DNA of 64,000 nt. Origin: Acidobacteriota bacterium. Its GTDB lineage: Bacteria > Acidobacteriota > Thermoanaerobaculia > Gp7-AA8. Location: the NCBI GenBank assembly GCA_019244185.1, contig JAFATB010000006.1, positions 320,001 to 384,000 on the forward strand. The letters run 5' to 3'. This document shows positions 19,041 to 30,638 of this stretch, one piece after another (position 1 is the first letter of the stretch; every line of letters begins with the position of its first letter). The notes under the pieces are model-generated. The model saw only the letters and a program-made list of their open reading frames with translations, was not told where the DNA came from and did no database searches. The position numbers were made by a program, and so were the translations under genes.

Positions 19041-19859
19041 CTACGACTCCTTCTTCAGAATCGCCTCGCCCAGCTCGCGCGAGCGGCGCGTCGCCGCTTC
19101 GACCGCATTCATCAGCGTCGTGCGCACGCCGCCGTTCTCCAGCGTATGCAAACCCGTGATCGCCGTGCCGCCGGGCGAGGTGACCATGTCCTTCAACCGT
19201 CCGGGATGCTCGTTCGTTTCCAGCAGCAGCTTCGCCGATCCGAGCACCGTCTGCGCCGCGAGCAGTTGCGCCGTGCGGCGCGACAAGCCGACCTTCACGC
19301 CCGCATCGCTCAGCGCTTCGAGAATCAGGAACACGTAGGCCGGCCCTGAGCCGGAGAGCCCCGTCACGGCGTCGAGCTGCGATTCCTCGAGGATGACCGT
19401 GAGCCCGATCGCGTCGAAGATCCGCTTCGCGTCGGCGAGATCCGATTCGCGCGCATGCTCGCCGCCGGCGATCGCCGTCGCCGCCGCGTCGACGAGCGCC
19501 GGCGTATTCGGCATCGCGCGCACCACGCGCGTCCCGCTCGCCAGCCGTGCCTGAATCGCCGCGACCGGGATCCCCGCCGCGATCGAAATCACCAGCGCAT
19601 CCGGCGCGATCGCGTCCGCGACTTCCTCGAGCACGCGACTCAGAATCTGCGGCTTGACGGACAACACCACGATGCGCGCCGCCGCCGGAACCTTGTTGTC
19701 CGTCACCGCCTCGATCGCATACCGCTCGCGCAACTCCCGAGCGCGCTCTTCCCGCGGCGCACTCGCCGAAATCTGCTCGGCGGTGAAGGTCCCGCGGAGC
19801 AACCCGCGAATCATCGCCTCCGCCATGTTGCCGGCGCCGATGAAGCCGATGGTGGTCAT
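19041..19859 (-). CDS. proC: Pyrroline-5-carboxylate reductase
   Basis: IGFIGAGNMA, LSVKPQ, VVRAMPNTP, TGLSGSGPAY, VTSPGGTAI. Confidence 0.97.
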   Translation of the reverse strand: MTTIGFIGAGNMAEAMIRGLLRGTFTAEQISASAPREERARELRERYAIEAVTDNKVPAAARIVVLSVKPQILSRVLEEVADAIAPDALVISIAAGIPVAAIQARLASGTRVVRAMPNTPALVDAAATAIAGGEHARESDLADAKRIFDAIGLTVILEESQLDAVTGLSGSGPAYVFLILEALSDAGVKVGLSRRTAQLLAAQTVLGSAKLLLETNEHPGRLKDMVTSPGGTAITGLHTLENGGVRTTLMNAVEAATRRSRELGEAILKKES

Positions 19860-20191
19860 GGGTGGTGTGCCTCGATGGCCGCGAGGAGCGGCGGGAGATC
19901 GTCGCGAACCACGGCCCAGACGCGCCGCAGGTCGACGTCCCAATATTGATGCGCGAGCAGGTTGCGCATTCCGCGAATCTGCGACCACGGAATGCCCGGA
20001 ATCGCCGCCATCGCTGCATCCGGCAGCTTGCCGACCGCTTCGCCGATGAGCTCGAGCCGGTGGACAACGGAGTCCTGCGTTTGCACGTCTGCCTCGAACT
20101 TGGCGAAATCGAGGCCGTCGACGTACTGACGAGCAAGGCGCGCCGAAACCAAGATGTCCTCGAGGAGTTCGCGCGGCTCACGCGACGTCAA
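19856..20191 (-). CDS. HEPN-domain (DUF86/HepT-like) ribonuclease toxin
   Basis: LELIGEA, IPWSQIRGMRNLLAHQYWDVD (RxxxxH plus following Tyr). Confidence 0.92.
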   Translation of the reverse strand: MTSREPRELLEDILVSARLARQYVDGLDFAKFEADVQTQDSVVHRLELIGEAVGKLPDAAMAAIPGIPWSQIRGMRNLLAHQYWDVDLRRVWAVVRDDLPPLLAAIEAHHP

Positions 20192-20492
20192 GCAGCACCG
20201 CCGAGTTGAGGATCGAGTCGCGCCGGTAGCGATTCAGACTGCGCTCGACGCCGTAGCGCGTCAGCAGGTCGACGTCGCGGCCGAACATGCGCTCCAGCTC
20301 CGCCTTCATGTCGACCATGTGCAGCAGCGACCACTCCGCATCCTCCGCGAACGAAACCATCACATCCACATCGCTGTCCGGCCGGAAGTCCTCGCGGACG
20401 GCACTCCCGAAAAGCGCAAACTCCGTGATCTTCCACTTGCGGCAGAAGTCACGGAGTTTGTCTTTATCGATGTCGATGGCGAGGTGCGGCAT
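20178..20492 (-). CDS. Minimal nucleotidyltransferase (MNT/MntA-like) antitoxin
   Basis: LFGSAVREDFRPDSDVDVMV (GSx10DxD), FGRDVDL; overlaps the HEPN gene. Confidence 0.92.
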   Translation of the reverse strand: MPHLAIDIDKDKLRDFCRKWKITEFALFGSAVREDFRPDSDVDVMVSFAEDAEWSLLHMVDMKAELERMFGRDVDLLTRYGVERSLNRYRRDSILNSAVLLDVA

Positions 20493-20517
20493 GCGGCTTC
20501 AGTTTACGCCGCGGGGT

Positions 20518-23253
<2,736 letters not shown>

Positions 23254-23276
23254 CGAAATTAAACCTTATCGCAAAG

Positions 23277-24104
23277 TCAGCGCCGGAGGAGTTCCAGGCG
23301 CGCGTAGGCCATCCAGGTCTGGTGGCCCAGGAAGATCACCAACGCAAAATAGAGCACGGCAATTGCCGCCCGCTGTCCGGCGGTGACCTCGTAGAAGCGT
23401 TTGTCCGTTTTCTCGCGGACGATCGAGGCGTAGACCTGGAACGCGGCGAGCACGGCAATGAGGATGATCAGCGGGTTGGGCTGGTCGATCACTTTGTAGA
23501 CGACCGCGCCGCCGCCGAGAACCCACATCCACTTCGTCACCGCGGCGGAGATGCGTCCGCCGTCGAGCATGCCGATCGGAATGAGATTCATCAAGTTGAG
23601 CGCGAAGCCGAGCAGCGCGATGAGGAGCCACGTCGGCTCGCGCTGCCATTTGTAGATCTCGAGCGTGACGAGCGACGCCGCCGTGCCGGCGGCGGGACCG
23701 GCCAGGCCGATGATGGCGTCGTCGAACGCGGAGCGCGGCTGGTCCTTGAGCGTGACCGCGCCGCCGACGAACGGGATGAACACCATGAAGCCGGCGCGCA
23801 GACCTTTCATGCGGATGGCCACGGCGTGGCCGATCTCGTGGATCAGCGTGATGACGACGAAGCCGATGACGACGGCGAGCGGCGCCTGCGTGGCGTACGC
23901 CGCGATCGTGACGACGAACGAGCCACCGGCGACGGCGTACTGCATCGCGCCGAAGCCTTCGAACGGATTGACGAAGAACGCGCGCCCGCGCTCGAGGAAC
24001 AGCAGCAGCAGCGCCTTCATCTTCAGCGCGATCACGCCGAGGAGCAAAACGGCGCCGGAAAAGATTTGGGGAAGGGTGCGGCGGCGAGGCTGTGGGGAGT
24101 CCAT
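23277..24104 (-). CDS. Site-2 protease (M50 family) membrane metalloprotease
   Basis: LIHEIGH, GLAGP, NLIPIGMLDGGRI, several TM segments. Confidence 0.92.
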   Translation of the reverse strand: MDSPQPRRRTLPQIFSGAVLLLGVIALKMKALLLLFLERGRAFFVNPFEGFGAMQYAVAGGSFVVTIAAYATQAPLAVVIGFVVITLIHEIGHAVAIRMKGLRAGFMVFIPFVGGAVTLKDQPRSAFDDAIIGLAGPAAGTAASLVTLEIYKWQREPTWLLIALLGFALNLMNLIPIGMLDGGRISAAVTKWMWVLGGGAVVYKVIDQPNPLIILIAVLAAFQVYASIVREKTDKRFYEVTAGQRAAIAVLYFALVIFLGHQTWMAYARLELLRR

Positions 24105-24151
24105 TAGGGCTCGGGAGGGGAGAACGCGGAAGGGACGGAGGTATTCCGAGG

Positions 24152-24257
24152 GAAAAGCTGAATGAAGAATGCAGAACGCAGAATGAAGAATTGAGAAAGG
24201 GGACCGGCGCGGGTTCTCAATTCTTCATTCTGCGTTCTGCGTTCTTCATTCATCCTT
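24152..24257. repeat. Palindromic heptamer-based dispersed repeat, copy 3
   Basis: gaaaagctgaatgaagaatgcagaacgcagaatgaagaattgagaa ... ttctcaattcttcattctgcgttctgcgttcttcattca, between divergent genes. Confidence 0.9.
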
Positions 24258-24270
24258 TACGATTCGCCCC

Positions 24271-25854
24271 GTGTCCGACGTCGACTCGCTTCGCGCGCAG
24301 CTGCGCGACCGCGGATATCTCACGCATGGAATCGAGCGCTGGTTTGCGCTCGATCCGTGGAGCTCGCGCGCGTTCTGGCTGGAGCTGACGCTGGTCGCGC
24401 TGAAGGCGGCCACGTTGATCGCGGCGTTCGCGGCGCTGCCGATGACGGCGGTGATGCTCGTCCGCAATGCACCGGTGAGCGCGTACGAGACGTTCGCGCT
24501 GTTCGTGTCGTACGCGGCGGCGTGGCTCGTGGCGGTGTTTGCGCTCGTGGTGATCATTGCGCTCGTGCTGAAGGTGCGTCCGGCGCTGCCGATCGACACG
24601 CCGCGGGCGCTGCTGGCGATTTCCGTCGCGGCGGGCGCGCTGCTGGTCGCGCCGGTCGCGTTGTGGTGGTCGCGTTTCGACACGAGTCCGGCGACGGGCG
24701 AGCTCGTGATCGGCGTCGCGTTGTCGGCGGCGTACTTTCTCGTGGCGACGCTCGTCGTCTCGGCGGCGCTGCTGTCGTTCTCGATCTATGAAGTGCGGCG
24801 CATTCCGGCGATCCATCAGAAGCCGCGCGGTGTGCCGCTCGCGGTCGCGGCGGCGGCGCTCATCGCGCTGCTGTTCGTGCCCGCGTACGCGAGCCGCGAG
24901 CGCGTGGCGTCCGAGCCGATGGTCGTGACGACGCCGACGTCGCGCAACGTCGCACTGATCGCGGTCGACGGCCTCACGTACGAGATCTTCGAGTCGCGTC
25001 CCGATCTCGCGCACGCGTTGCGCGCCACGCCGATCGCCGCGATCCCCGGCGATTCGACCACCGAACGCTGGGCGTCCCTCGGCACCGGCGTGCGCACGGA
25101 CGCGCACGGCGTACGGGCGATCGAAGGCGTTCGCTTCCCCGGCGGCGCGCACATCCTGCAGCGCATCTCGCGCGCCGACTTCGTCCTGCTGCACGGCCTC
25201 GCGCGCCGCGAGCCGCTGCCGCCGACCGTGCGGCGCCGCGACTACCTCTGGGAAGTCGTCGCGCGCCGCGGCCTGCCCGCGCTCGCGGTCAACTGGTGGA
25301 CGACCGCCGACGTGCGCGAAGGCGCGCTGACGTCCGTCGGTCCCGACCGCATTTTCGGCAGCGCAGGCGCCGATCCGGTGCGGCTCGACAACGTCGCGCG
25401 CGCCGCGTTTCTCCAGCGCCTGACGTCCGCGCCGCGCTTCGCCACCGTCTACCTCCCCGCGCTCGACGTCATCCTCAATCGCCTCGAGCTCGACCGCACG
25501 ATGCAGCTCGCGCAGTCGCTGCGCGTGCTCGACGGACTCACGCGTCTCATCGGCGAGCTGCGCGCGCGCGGCTACGACGTCGTGGTGGTCGGGCTGCCCG
25601 GCGACGGCCAGCGCGGCGCGGCGGTGCTCGCGTCGGATCTTCCATTGCACGCGACGAGCGCCTGGGATGTCGCGCCGACGCTGCTCGACCTCCTCGGCTT
25701 TCCGCTCTCCGCCGAAATGCCCGGCAAATCCGCGGCGAGCACGAATCCTGAACCGCGCATCGCCACGTACGGCGCGCGCACGTCCGCCGCGTCCGCCACG
25801 ACGCTCAACCAGGAGTACTACGACAACCTTCGATCGTTGGGATACATCCGATGA
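24271..25854 (+). CDS. Membrane protein with degenerate alkaline-phosphatase/phosphodiesterase-superfamily domain
   Basis: About six N-terminal TM helices; VALIAVDG, WASLGTG...HGV, WDVAPTLLDLLG, C-terminal LRSLGYI. Confidence 0.7.
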   Translation: MSDVDSLRAQLRDRGYLTHGIERWFALDPWSSRAFWLELTLVALKAATLIAAFAALPMTAVMLVRNAPVSAYETFALFVSYAAAWLVAVFALVVIIALVLKVRPALPIDTPRALLAISVAAGALLVAPVALWWSRFDTSPATGELVIGVALSAAYFLVATLVVSAALLSFSIYEVRRIPAIHQKPRGVPLAVAAAALIALLFVPAYASRERVASEPMVVTTPTSRNVALIAVDGLTYEIFESRPDLAHALRATPIAAIPGDSTTERWASLGTGVRTDAHGVRAIEGVRFPGGAHILQRISRADFVLLHGLARREPLPPTVRRRDYLWEVVARRGLPALAVNWWTTADVREGALTSVGPDRIFGSAGADPVRLDNVARAAFLQRLTSAPRFATVYLPALDVILNRLELDRTMQLAQSLRVLDGLTRLIGELRARGYDVVVVGLPGDGQRGAAVLASDLPLHATSAWDVAPTLLDLLGFPLSAEMPGKSAASTNPEPRIATYGARTSAASATTLNQEYYDNLRSLGYIR

Positions 25855-27881
25855 GAAAACTGCTGATCTGCTTTTTCCTCGCACTCCCCGTGCTCGCGCA
25901 GCGTCCGATGACGTTCGAGGATCTCGCCGCGATGCGCCGCATCGGCGCGCCGCGGCTCTCGCCCGACGGCCGCTGGATCGCGTACGACGCGTCGACCATC
26001 GACCTCGCCGCGAACGCGCGACGCAGCTCGATCTATCTCTTGCGCGCCGACGGCAGCAGCGCCACCGCGCGGCAGCTCACCGACGGCACGAAACAGGACG
26101 AAGAGCCGGCGTGGTCGCCCGACGGCCGCACGCTCGCGTACGTCTCGAACCGCGACGGCGGCGCGAAGCAGGTCTATCTCTACGACGTCGCGAGCGGGAA
26201 GTCGCGCAAGCTGACCAGCCTCGCCGGCGGCGCGGGCAGCGTGAAGTGGCTGCCCGACGGCTCGGGACTCGTGCTCGTCTCCGACATCTATCCCGAATGC
26301 GGCGTCGATCCGCAATGCACCGAGCAGAAGGACGCGGCCGCGGAGAAGGCACCGACGAAGGCGCGCGTGATCACGAGCCTGCTCTATCGCCACTGGAACG
26401 GTTGGCAGGAGCCGACGCGCGCGCACATCATCTACGTGCCGCTCGACGGTGGCGCGGCGCGTGACCTCACGCCGGGCGCGTTCGATGCGCCGCCGTTCTC
26501 CGTCGGCGGCGGCGGCGAGTTCGACGTCTCGCCCGATAGCCGCGAGCTCGTCTACGCGCGGACAACCGAAGAGCATCCCGAGGTCACGACGAACAGCGAT
26601 TTGTTCCTCGTGCCGATCGGCGGCGGCGACGCGCGACGCATCACGACGCGCACGGGCGCGGACACGAGCCCCGTCTATTCGCCGGACGGCCGCTGGATCG
26701 CGTGGCGCTCGCAGGCGCGCGGCGGCTACGAATCCGATCTCTGGGAGCTCTGGCTGTACGACCGCACCTCGGGTACCTCACAGCGCATCGCGTCGCAGTT
26801 CAACGACTGGATCGAATCCGCGACGTGGTCGCCGGACAGCAAGTCGCTCTTCATCACCGCGCCGCTCAAAGGCAAGGAAGCGATCTACGAGGTCTCGCTC
26901 GACGGACGCACGTCGCTCGTCAACAACAGCGGCTCCGCGTCCGACGTCGCCGTCGCACGCGACGGCAAGACGATCTACTTCTCGATGTCGACGCTGCGGC
27001 GTCCGAGCGACATCTACGCGATGCAGCGCGGCGGCGCGGTCAAACAGCTCACGCACGAGAACGACGCGCGGCTCGCGCAGATCGCCATGGGCGCGACGCG
27101 CGACCTCTGGTGGACCGGCGCCGACAACGCGCAGATCCAGGGACACCTCATCACGCCGCCGAACTTCGATCCGGCGAAGAAGTATCCGGCCATCGTGCTC
27201 ATTCACGGCGGACCGCAGGGCGCGTGGAGCGACGCCTGGTCGTATCGCTGGAACCCGCAAGTCTTCGCCGCGCGCGGCTACGTGATCCTCATGCCGAATC
27301 CGCGCGGCTCCTCGGGCTTCGGCCAGCCGTTCGTCGAACAGATCTCGCGCGACTGGGGCGGCCGCGTCTACACCGACATCATGAACGGCGTCGACGCGTT
27401 CGCGCAGCAGCCGTTCGTCGACGGCACGCGTATCGGCGCCGCGGGCGGCTCGTTCGGCGGCTACATGATCGACTGGATCCTCGGCCACACGAACCGTTTC
27501 AAAGCGCTCGTCTCGCACGCCGGCGTCTACAACCTGCAGTCGATGTACGGCGTGACCGAGGAGCTATGGTTTCCGGAATGGGAGTTCGGCGGCAATCCGT
27601 GGGACAACCCGGAGCTGTACGAGAAGTGGTCGCCGAATCGCTTCGTGAAGAACTTCGCGACGCCGACGCTCGTGTCGCACGGCGAGCTCGATTACCGCGT
27701 GCCGATCGGCGAAGGGCTGCAGCTCTTCACCGCGCTGCAGCGTCGCGGCGTGCCGTCGGAGCTGCTCTACTTCCCCGACGAAGGGCACTGGGTGCTCAAG
27801 CCGCAGAACTCGCGCCTGTGGTACCAGACCGTGGGCGACTGGTTCGACCGTTGGCTGCAGCGCGGAGGGGGCGGCGCGTAG
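25851..27881 (+). CDS. Secreted S9 family peptidase (DPP/acylaminoacyl peptidase)
   Basis: Signal peptide, PD40-like SPDGR repeats, IHGGPQ, GGSFGG nucleophile, HGELDYRV, DEGHW. Confidence 0.95.
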   Translation: MRKLLICFFLALPVLAQRPMTFEDLAAMRRIGAPRLSPDGRWIAYDASTIDLAANARRSSIYLLRADGSSATARQLTDGTKQDEEPAWSPDGRTLAYVSNRDGGAKQVYLYDVASGKSRKLTSLAGGAGSVKWLPDGSGLVLVSDIYPECGVDPQCTEQKDAAAEKAPTKARVITSLLYRHWNGWQEPTRAHIIYVPLDGGAARDLTPGAFDAPPFSVGGGGEFDVSPDSRELVYARTTEEHPEVTTNSDLFLVPIGGGDARRITTRTGADTSPVYSPDGRWIAWRSQARGGYESDLWELWLYDRTSGTSQRIASQFNDWIESATWSPDSKSLFITAPLKGKEAIYEVSLDGRTSLVNNSGSASDVAVARDGKTIYFSMSTLRRPSDIYAMQRGGAVKQLTHENDARLAQIAMGATRDLWWTGADNAQIQGHLITPPNFDPAKKYPAIVLIHGGPQGAWSDAWSYRWNPQVFAARGYVILMPNPRGSSGFGQPFVEQISRDWGGRVYTDIMNGVDAFAQQPFVDGTRIGAAGGSFGGYMIDWILGHTNRFKALVSHAGVYNLQSMYGVTEELWFPEWEFGGNPWDNPELYEKWSPNRFVKNFATPTLVSHGELDYRVPIGEGLQLFTALQRRGVPSELLYFPDEGHWVLKPQNSRLWYQTVGDWFDRWLQRGGGGA

Positions 27882-27905
27882 CCGCCCCCGCGGTTTCGCG
27901 CGGAA

Positions 27906-28190
27906 CTAGGTGCGCGTGGTGCCGGCGGGCGCTGCCGCGCCTGCACCGACACCGCCGCCGCCTTCGCCGGGGCCGAGGGCCGGACGGGCCACGGTCGACG
28001 TGATGCCGACGGCTTCCGCGTACTTGAGGTACGTATCGATCGATGCGATGACGACGCGGGCCTCAACGGTGATCAGGTCGATACCGACGAGAGAGATGCG
28101 AACCCACGCGTCGACGACGATACCTTTGTCGAGAATGCGGTCCAGTACGTCGATGAGACTGGTTCCGCCTGGGGCGCGTTCAACAGCCAT
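27906..28190 (-). CDS. gvpA: Gas vesicle structural protein GvpA
   Basis: [52 protein letters not shown], canonical GvpA core, plus a Gly/Ala-rich tail. Confidence 0.97.
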   Translation of the reverse strand: MAVERAPGGTSLIDVLDRILDKGIVVDAWVRISLVGIDLITVEARVVIASIDTYLKYAEAVGITSTVARPALGPGEGGGGVGAGAAAPAGTTRT

Positions 28191-28193
28191 GAC

Positions 28194-28571
28194 TTACCTG
28201 CCTTTCCTCTCTCCAGGCTTCCCGGCGGGAAGCTCGCGTGCATTGAGTTGACGTTCGAGATCCGCGATGCGGTTGCGCAGCTCGTCGTACTCCTCGGCGC
28301 CGCGCAACGCGCGCGGGTCGCTCGAGTAGAAACGGTCCGAGCGCCACCAGTTGATGCCGATCGCCTCCGCCTTGTCGATCGAACAGATCACGAGGCGCAG
28401 CTGGATCGTCAGCAGCTCGACGTTCGCCAGCGAGACCTTCACGTCTCCGGCGACCACGAGCCCCTTGTCCAGGATTTTGTCGAGGATGTCGACCAACCCC
28501 TGCGGCTGCCGCTGGAGCGATCCTCCCCGATCATCGATAGGCAATCGCGACTCCCATCTTCGAGTGCTCAC
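28194..28571 (-). CDS. gvpJ: Gas vesicle protein GvpJ
   Basis: GLVDILDKILDKGLVVAGDVKVSLANVELLTIQLRLVICSIDKAEAIGINWW, coiled-coil tail. Start may be a downstream TTG. Confidence 0.9.
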   Translation of the reverse strand: MSTRRWESRLPIDDRGGSLQRQPQGLVDILDKILDKGLVVAGDVKVSLANVELLTIQLRLVICSIDKAEAIGINWWRSDRFYSSDPRALRGAEEYDELRNRIADLERQLNARELPAGKPGERKGR

Positions 28572-28602
28572 CTTTTAACGGTGCCGCATCCGCGAGTCAA
28601 CA

Positions 28603-28929
28603 TCATTCCCACATCTTTACCGGGCCCAGCTTGAGATTCAGATCTTCGTCGGACAGGCCGAACGTGCGCTTGAGCTCCGCCATCTTTTCCTCGAGCTTCA
28701 TGAGCGCCGCGCCGACGCGCTCGATCTCGTCGTCGGTGAGGTTGCCCGCGTCCATGCGGCGCAGCGCCTGCTTCTCGAGCAGCTTCCGCACGAGCTCGAC
28801 GATCGACAGCACGAGCTTCGCGAGCCCGTTCTCGACGATCTCCGAGTCGGCGGCGATGCGCTCCGGCACGACCGACTCCGCGAACGTGAGCGCGCGCCGC
28901 AGCTGCTCTTCTTCATTGGTCAGCATCAT
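28603..28929 (-). CDS. gvpK: Gas vesicle protein GvpK
   Basis: GLAKLVLSIVELVRKLLEKQALRRMDAGNLTDDEIERVGAALMKLEE...FGLSDEDLNLKLGP. Confidence 0.93.
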   Translation of the reverse strand: MMLTNEEEQLRRALTFAESVVPERIAADSEIVENGLAKLVLSIVELVRKLLEKQALRRMDAGNLTDDEIERVGAALMKLEEKMAELKRTFGLSDEDLNLKLGPVKMWE

Positions 28930-29557
28930 CGGCGAAGACCTCCAGCGGCCACGGACCCGACAGCAGAAACGGCACCTGCGCGCACGTGCGGCGCAACTCC
29001 TCGCCGGCGGCGCGCACGTCCTCGACGCGCGCACGCGGCACGAGCGCCGCGAGCTCGATCGACTTCTCGTCGCGATGACTCCAGCGATGTTTTTTGGCGA
29101 ACGGAAGGATGCGCGCCTCTGCTTCTTTCACGAACGCCGGATCGGCGGCGGACGCGTTCGTGGCCTCGTGCAGCGCGCGCAGATACTCCGCGCCGCTCGT
29201 GAAGTCCCGACGATCGGGACGCGGACGCGCGGCAGCGGCGGCGGCTTTCAGCGTCATCTCGACGTCGTCGCGATGCGCGTCGAGGAGACGCGTCCAGCGC
29301 GGCAGATGCGCGGCGCACTTCGACTCCCCTTCCGCGGAGTCGCGCACGGCGAGGCCGTAGCGGATGGCCACGAACGTCGCGCGGTCGAGCAGCCGCGCGC
29401 GCAGCTTCGCGACTGCGACGAGCAGCTCGCGGTCCGAGACCGGCTGCTCGTCCGCGATCGGCAACGCGCTCAGAAAGAGCTCACCGCACGCGAGCGCCTC
29501 GGCAGGCGCGTCGATGTCGTCGCGCCGGCGATGCGCGCCGATGACGACGAATCTCAT
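28913..29557 (-). CDS. Divergent GvpL/GvpF-family protein
   Basis: FVAIRYG, VEMTLK, SGAEYL, LAALVPR, C-terminal SGPWPLEVF; coupled to its neighbours. Confidence 0.75.
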   Translation of the reverse strand: MRFVVIGAHRRRDDIDAPAEALACGELFLSALPIADEQPVSDRELLVAVAKLRARLLDRATFVAIRYGLAVRDSAEGESKCAAHLPRWTRLLDAHRDDVEMTLKAAAAAARPRPDRRDFTSGAEYLRALHEATNASAADPAFVKEAEARILPFAKKHRWSHRDEKSIELAALVPRARVEDVRAAGEELRRTCAQVPFLLSGPWPLEVFADDADQ

Positions 29558-29730
29558 CGCTTCGATGTCCGGATGACCGCGTCGACGTTTGCGAGGATGA
29601 CGTTCAGGCCGAGGTAGAGAAGGTCCACGTCGCCGATCGACACGATCGCTTCGCCGGCGATGACCACGCCGCGATCGAGCAGATGATCGAGCATCTCCAG
29701 CAGCGCGAGTTCTTCGACGTTCTCAGACAT
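29554..29730 (-). CDS. Small GvpA/J-family gas vesicle protein (GvpS/GvpM-like), 58 aa
   Basis: Below the ORF-track cut-off. Manual translation: MSENVEELALLEMLDHLLDRGVVIAGEAIVSIGDVDLLYLGLNVILANVDAVIRTSKR; ATGA overlap with the next gene. Confidence 0.9.
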   Translation of the reverse strand: MSENVEELALLEMLDHLLDRGVVIAGEAIVSIGDVDLLYLGLNVILANVDAVIRTSKR

Positions 29731-29733
29731 GGT

Positions 29734-30504
29734 TCAGTCGTGGGCAAACGAGTACGGCGGCCACGGCCCGCTCACGCCAACCACCACGCCTTCACCGGCG
29801 TAGCGATCCATGAGCGTCGCGTGCAACTCCTGCAAAGCCGCTTCCTCGTCGCGCTCGAGAAGGATGTTGATCTGTGGAAACGCGCCGTCGCGCCGCTCGC
29901 GCGTCTCCGCGAACGTCTCGCAGCGGAGGCTGCCGGCGACGGCCTGCTCGATCTCCGCGACGACGTTCTGCTCGGCCTCGCGCGACGCGCGCTTCTTCTC
30001 GTCGTCGAGCTTCTTGCGCAGCAGGAACGCGCGTCCCGGCGGCGCGGCGGCGATCTGCGCCTGCAGCTCGCGCAGCGACTCCGCACGCGCGACCAGCGCC
30101 TCGCTCCAGCGCGCCGGCTCGAACTCGACGCGCAGCGTCCACTCCTGCTTGTCGCCGAGGCGCTCGAGCTGCGCGCCTAACAAATGCGCGTGCTCGTGCA
30201 GATACGCGCGCAACGCGTCGGCGCCGGAGAAGAGCGTGAACGCGCGAAGCGGCACGATCGCGGTCAGCTTCATCAATTCGGCGACGACGGCCTGATGCCG
30301 GTAGCCGATCGCGCCGAGCCATTCGAGATCGTTCGCGCGGCGGTCGATCACCTCCTGCGACAGCTCCGCGGACGGCATGGCCGTGAAGACCGCGGCGATG
30401 CCGTCGCTCTCCGCGACGCCGAAGCGACGCGTGCCGTCGATGCCGTCCGTGTCCGGCGTGGCCGGCTCGCGCGTCACGGCGTAGACGTAGAGAACGGTGT
30501 CCAA
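29734..30504 (-). CDS. gvpL: Gas vesicle protein GvpL (GvpL/GvpF family)
   Basis: LYVYAV, HQAVVAEL, VPLRAFTLF, EWTLRV, PGRAFLLRKKL, SGPWPPYSF. Confidence 0.88.
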   Translation of the reverse strand: MDTVLYVYAVTREPATPDTDGIDGTRRFGVAESDGIAAVFTAMPSAELSQEVIDRRANDLEWLGAIGYRHQAVVAELMKLTAIVPLRAFTLFSGADALRAYLHEHAHLLGAQLERLGDKQEWTLRVEFEPARWSEALVARAESLRELQAQIAAAPPGRAFLLRKKLDDEKKRASREAEQNVVAEIEQAVAGSLRCETFAETRERRDGAFPQINILLERDEEAALQELHATLMDRYAGEGVVVGVSGPWPPYSFAHD

Positions 30505-30521
30505 GAGCGAAACTATAAAAC

Positions 30522-30638
30522 GAATGAAGAACGCAGAACGCAGAATGAAGAACGTAGAAGCGGCACGGCGCGCCGGTCAACGCGCCCGCATCGCGGCGGT
30601 TTCTACATTCTGCGTTCTGCGTTCTGCGTTCTTCATTC
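30522..30638. repeat. Palindromic heptamer-based dispersed repeat, copy 4
   Basis: gaatgaagaacgcagaacgcagaatgaagaacgtagaa ... ttctacattctgcgttctgcgttctgcgttcttcattc; the right arm contains the stop codon of the ArsA-like gene. Confidence 0.88.
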
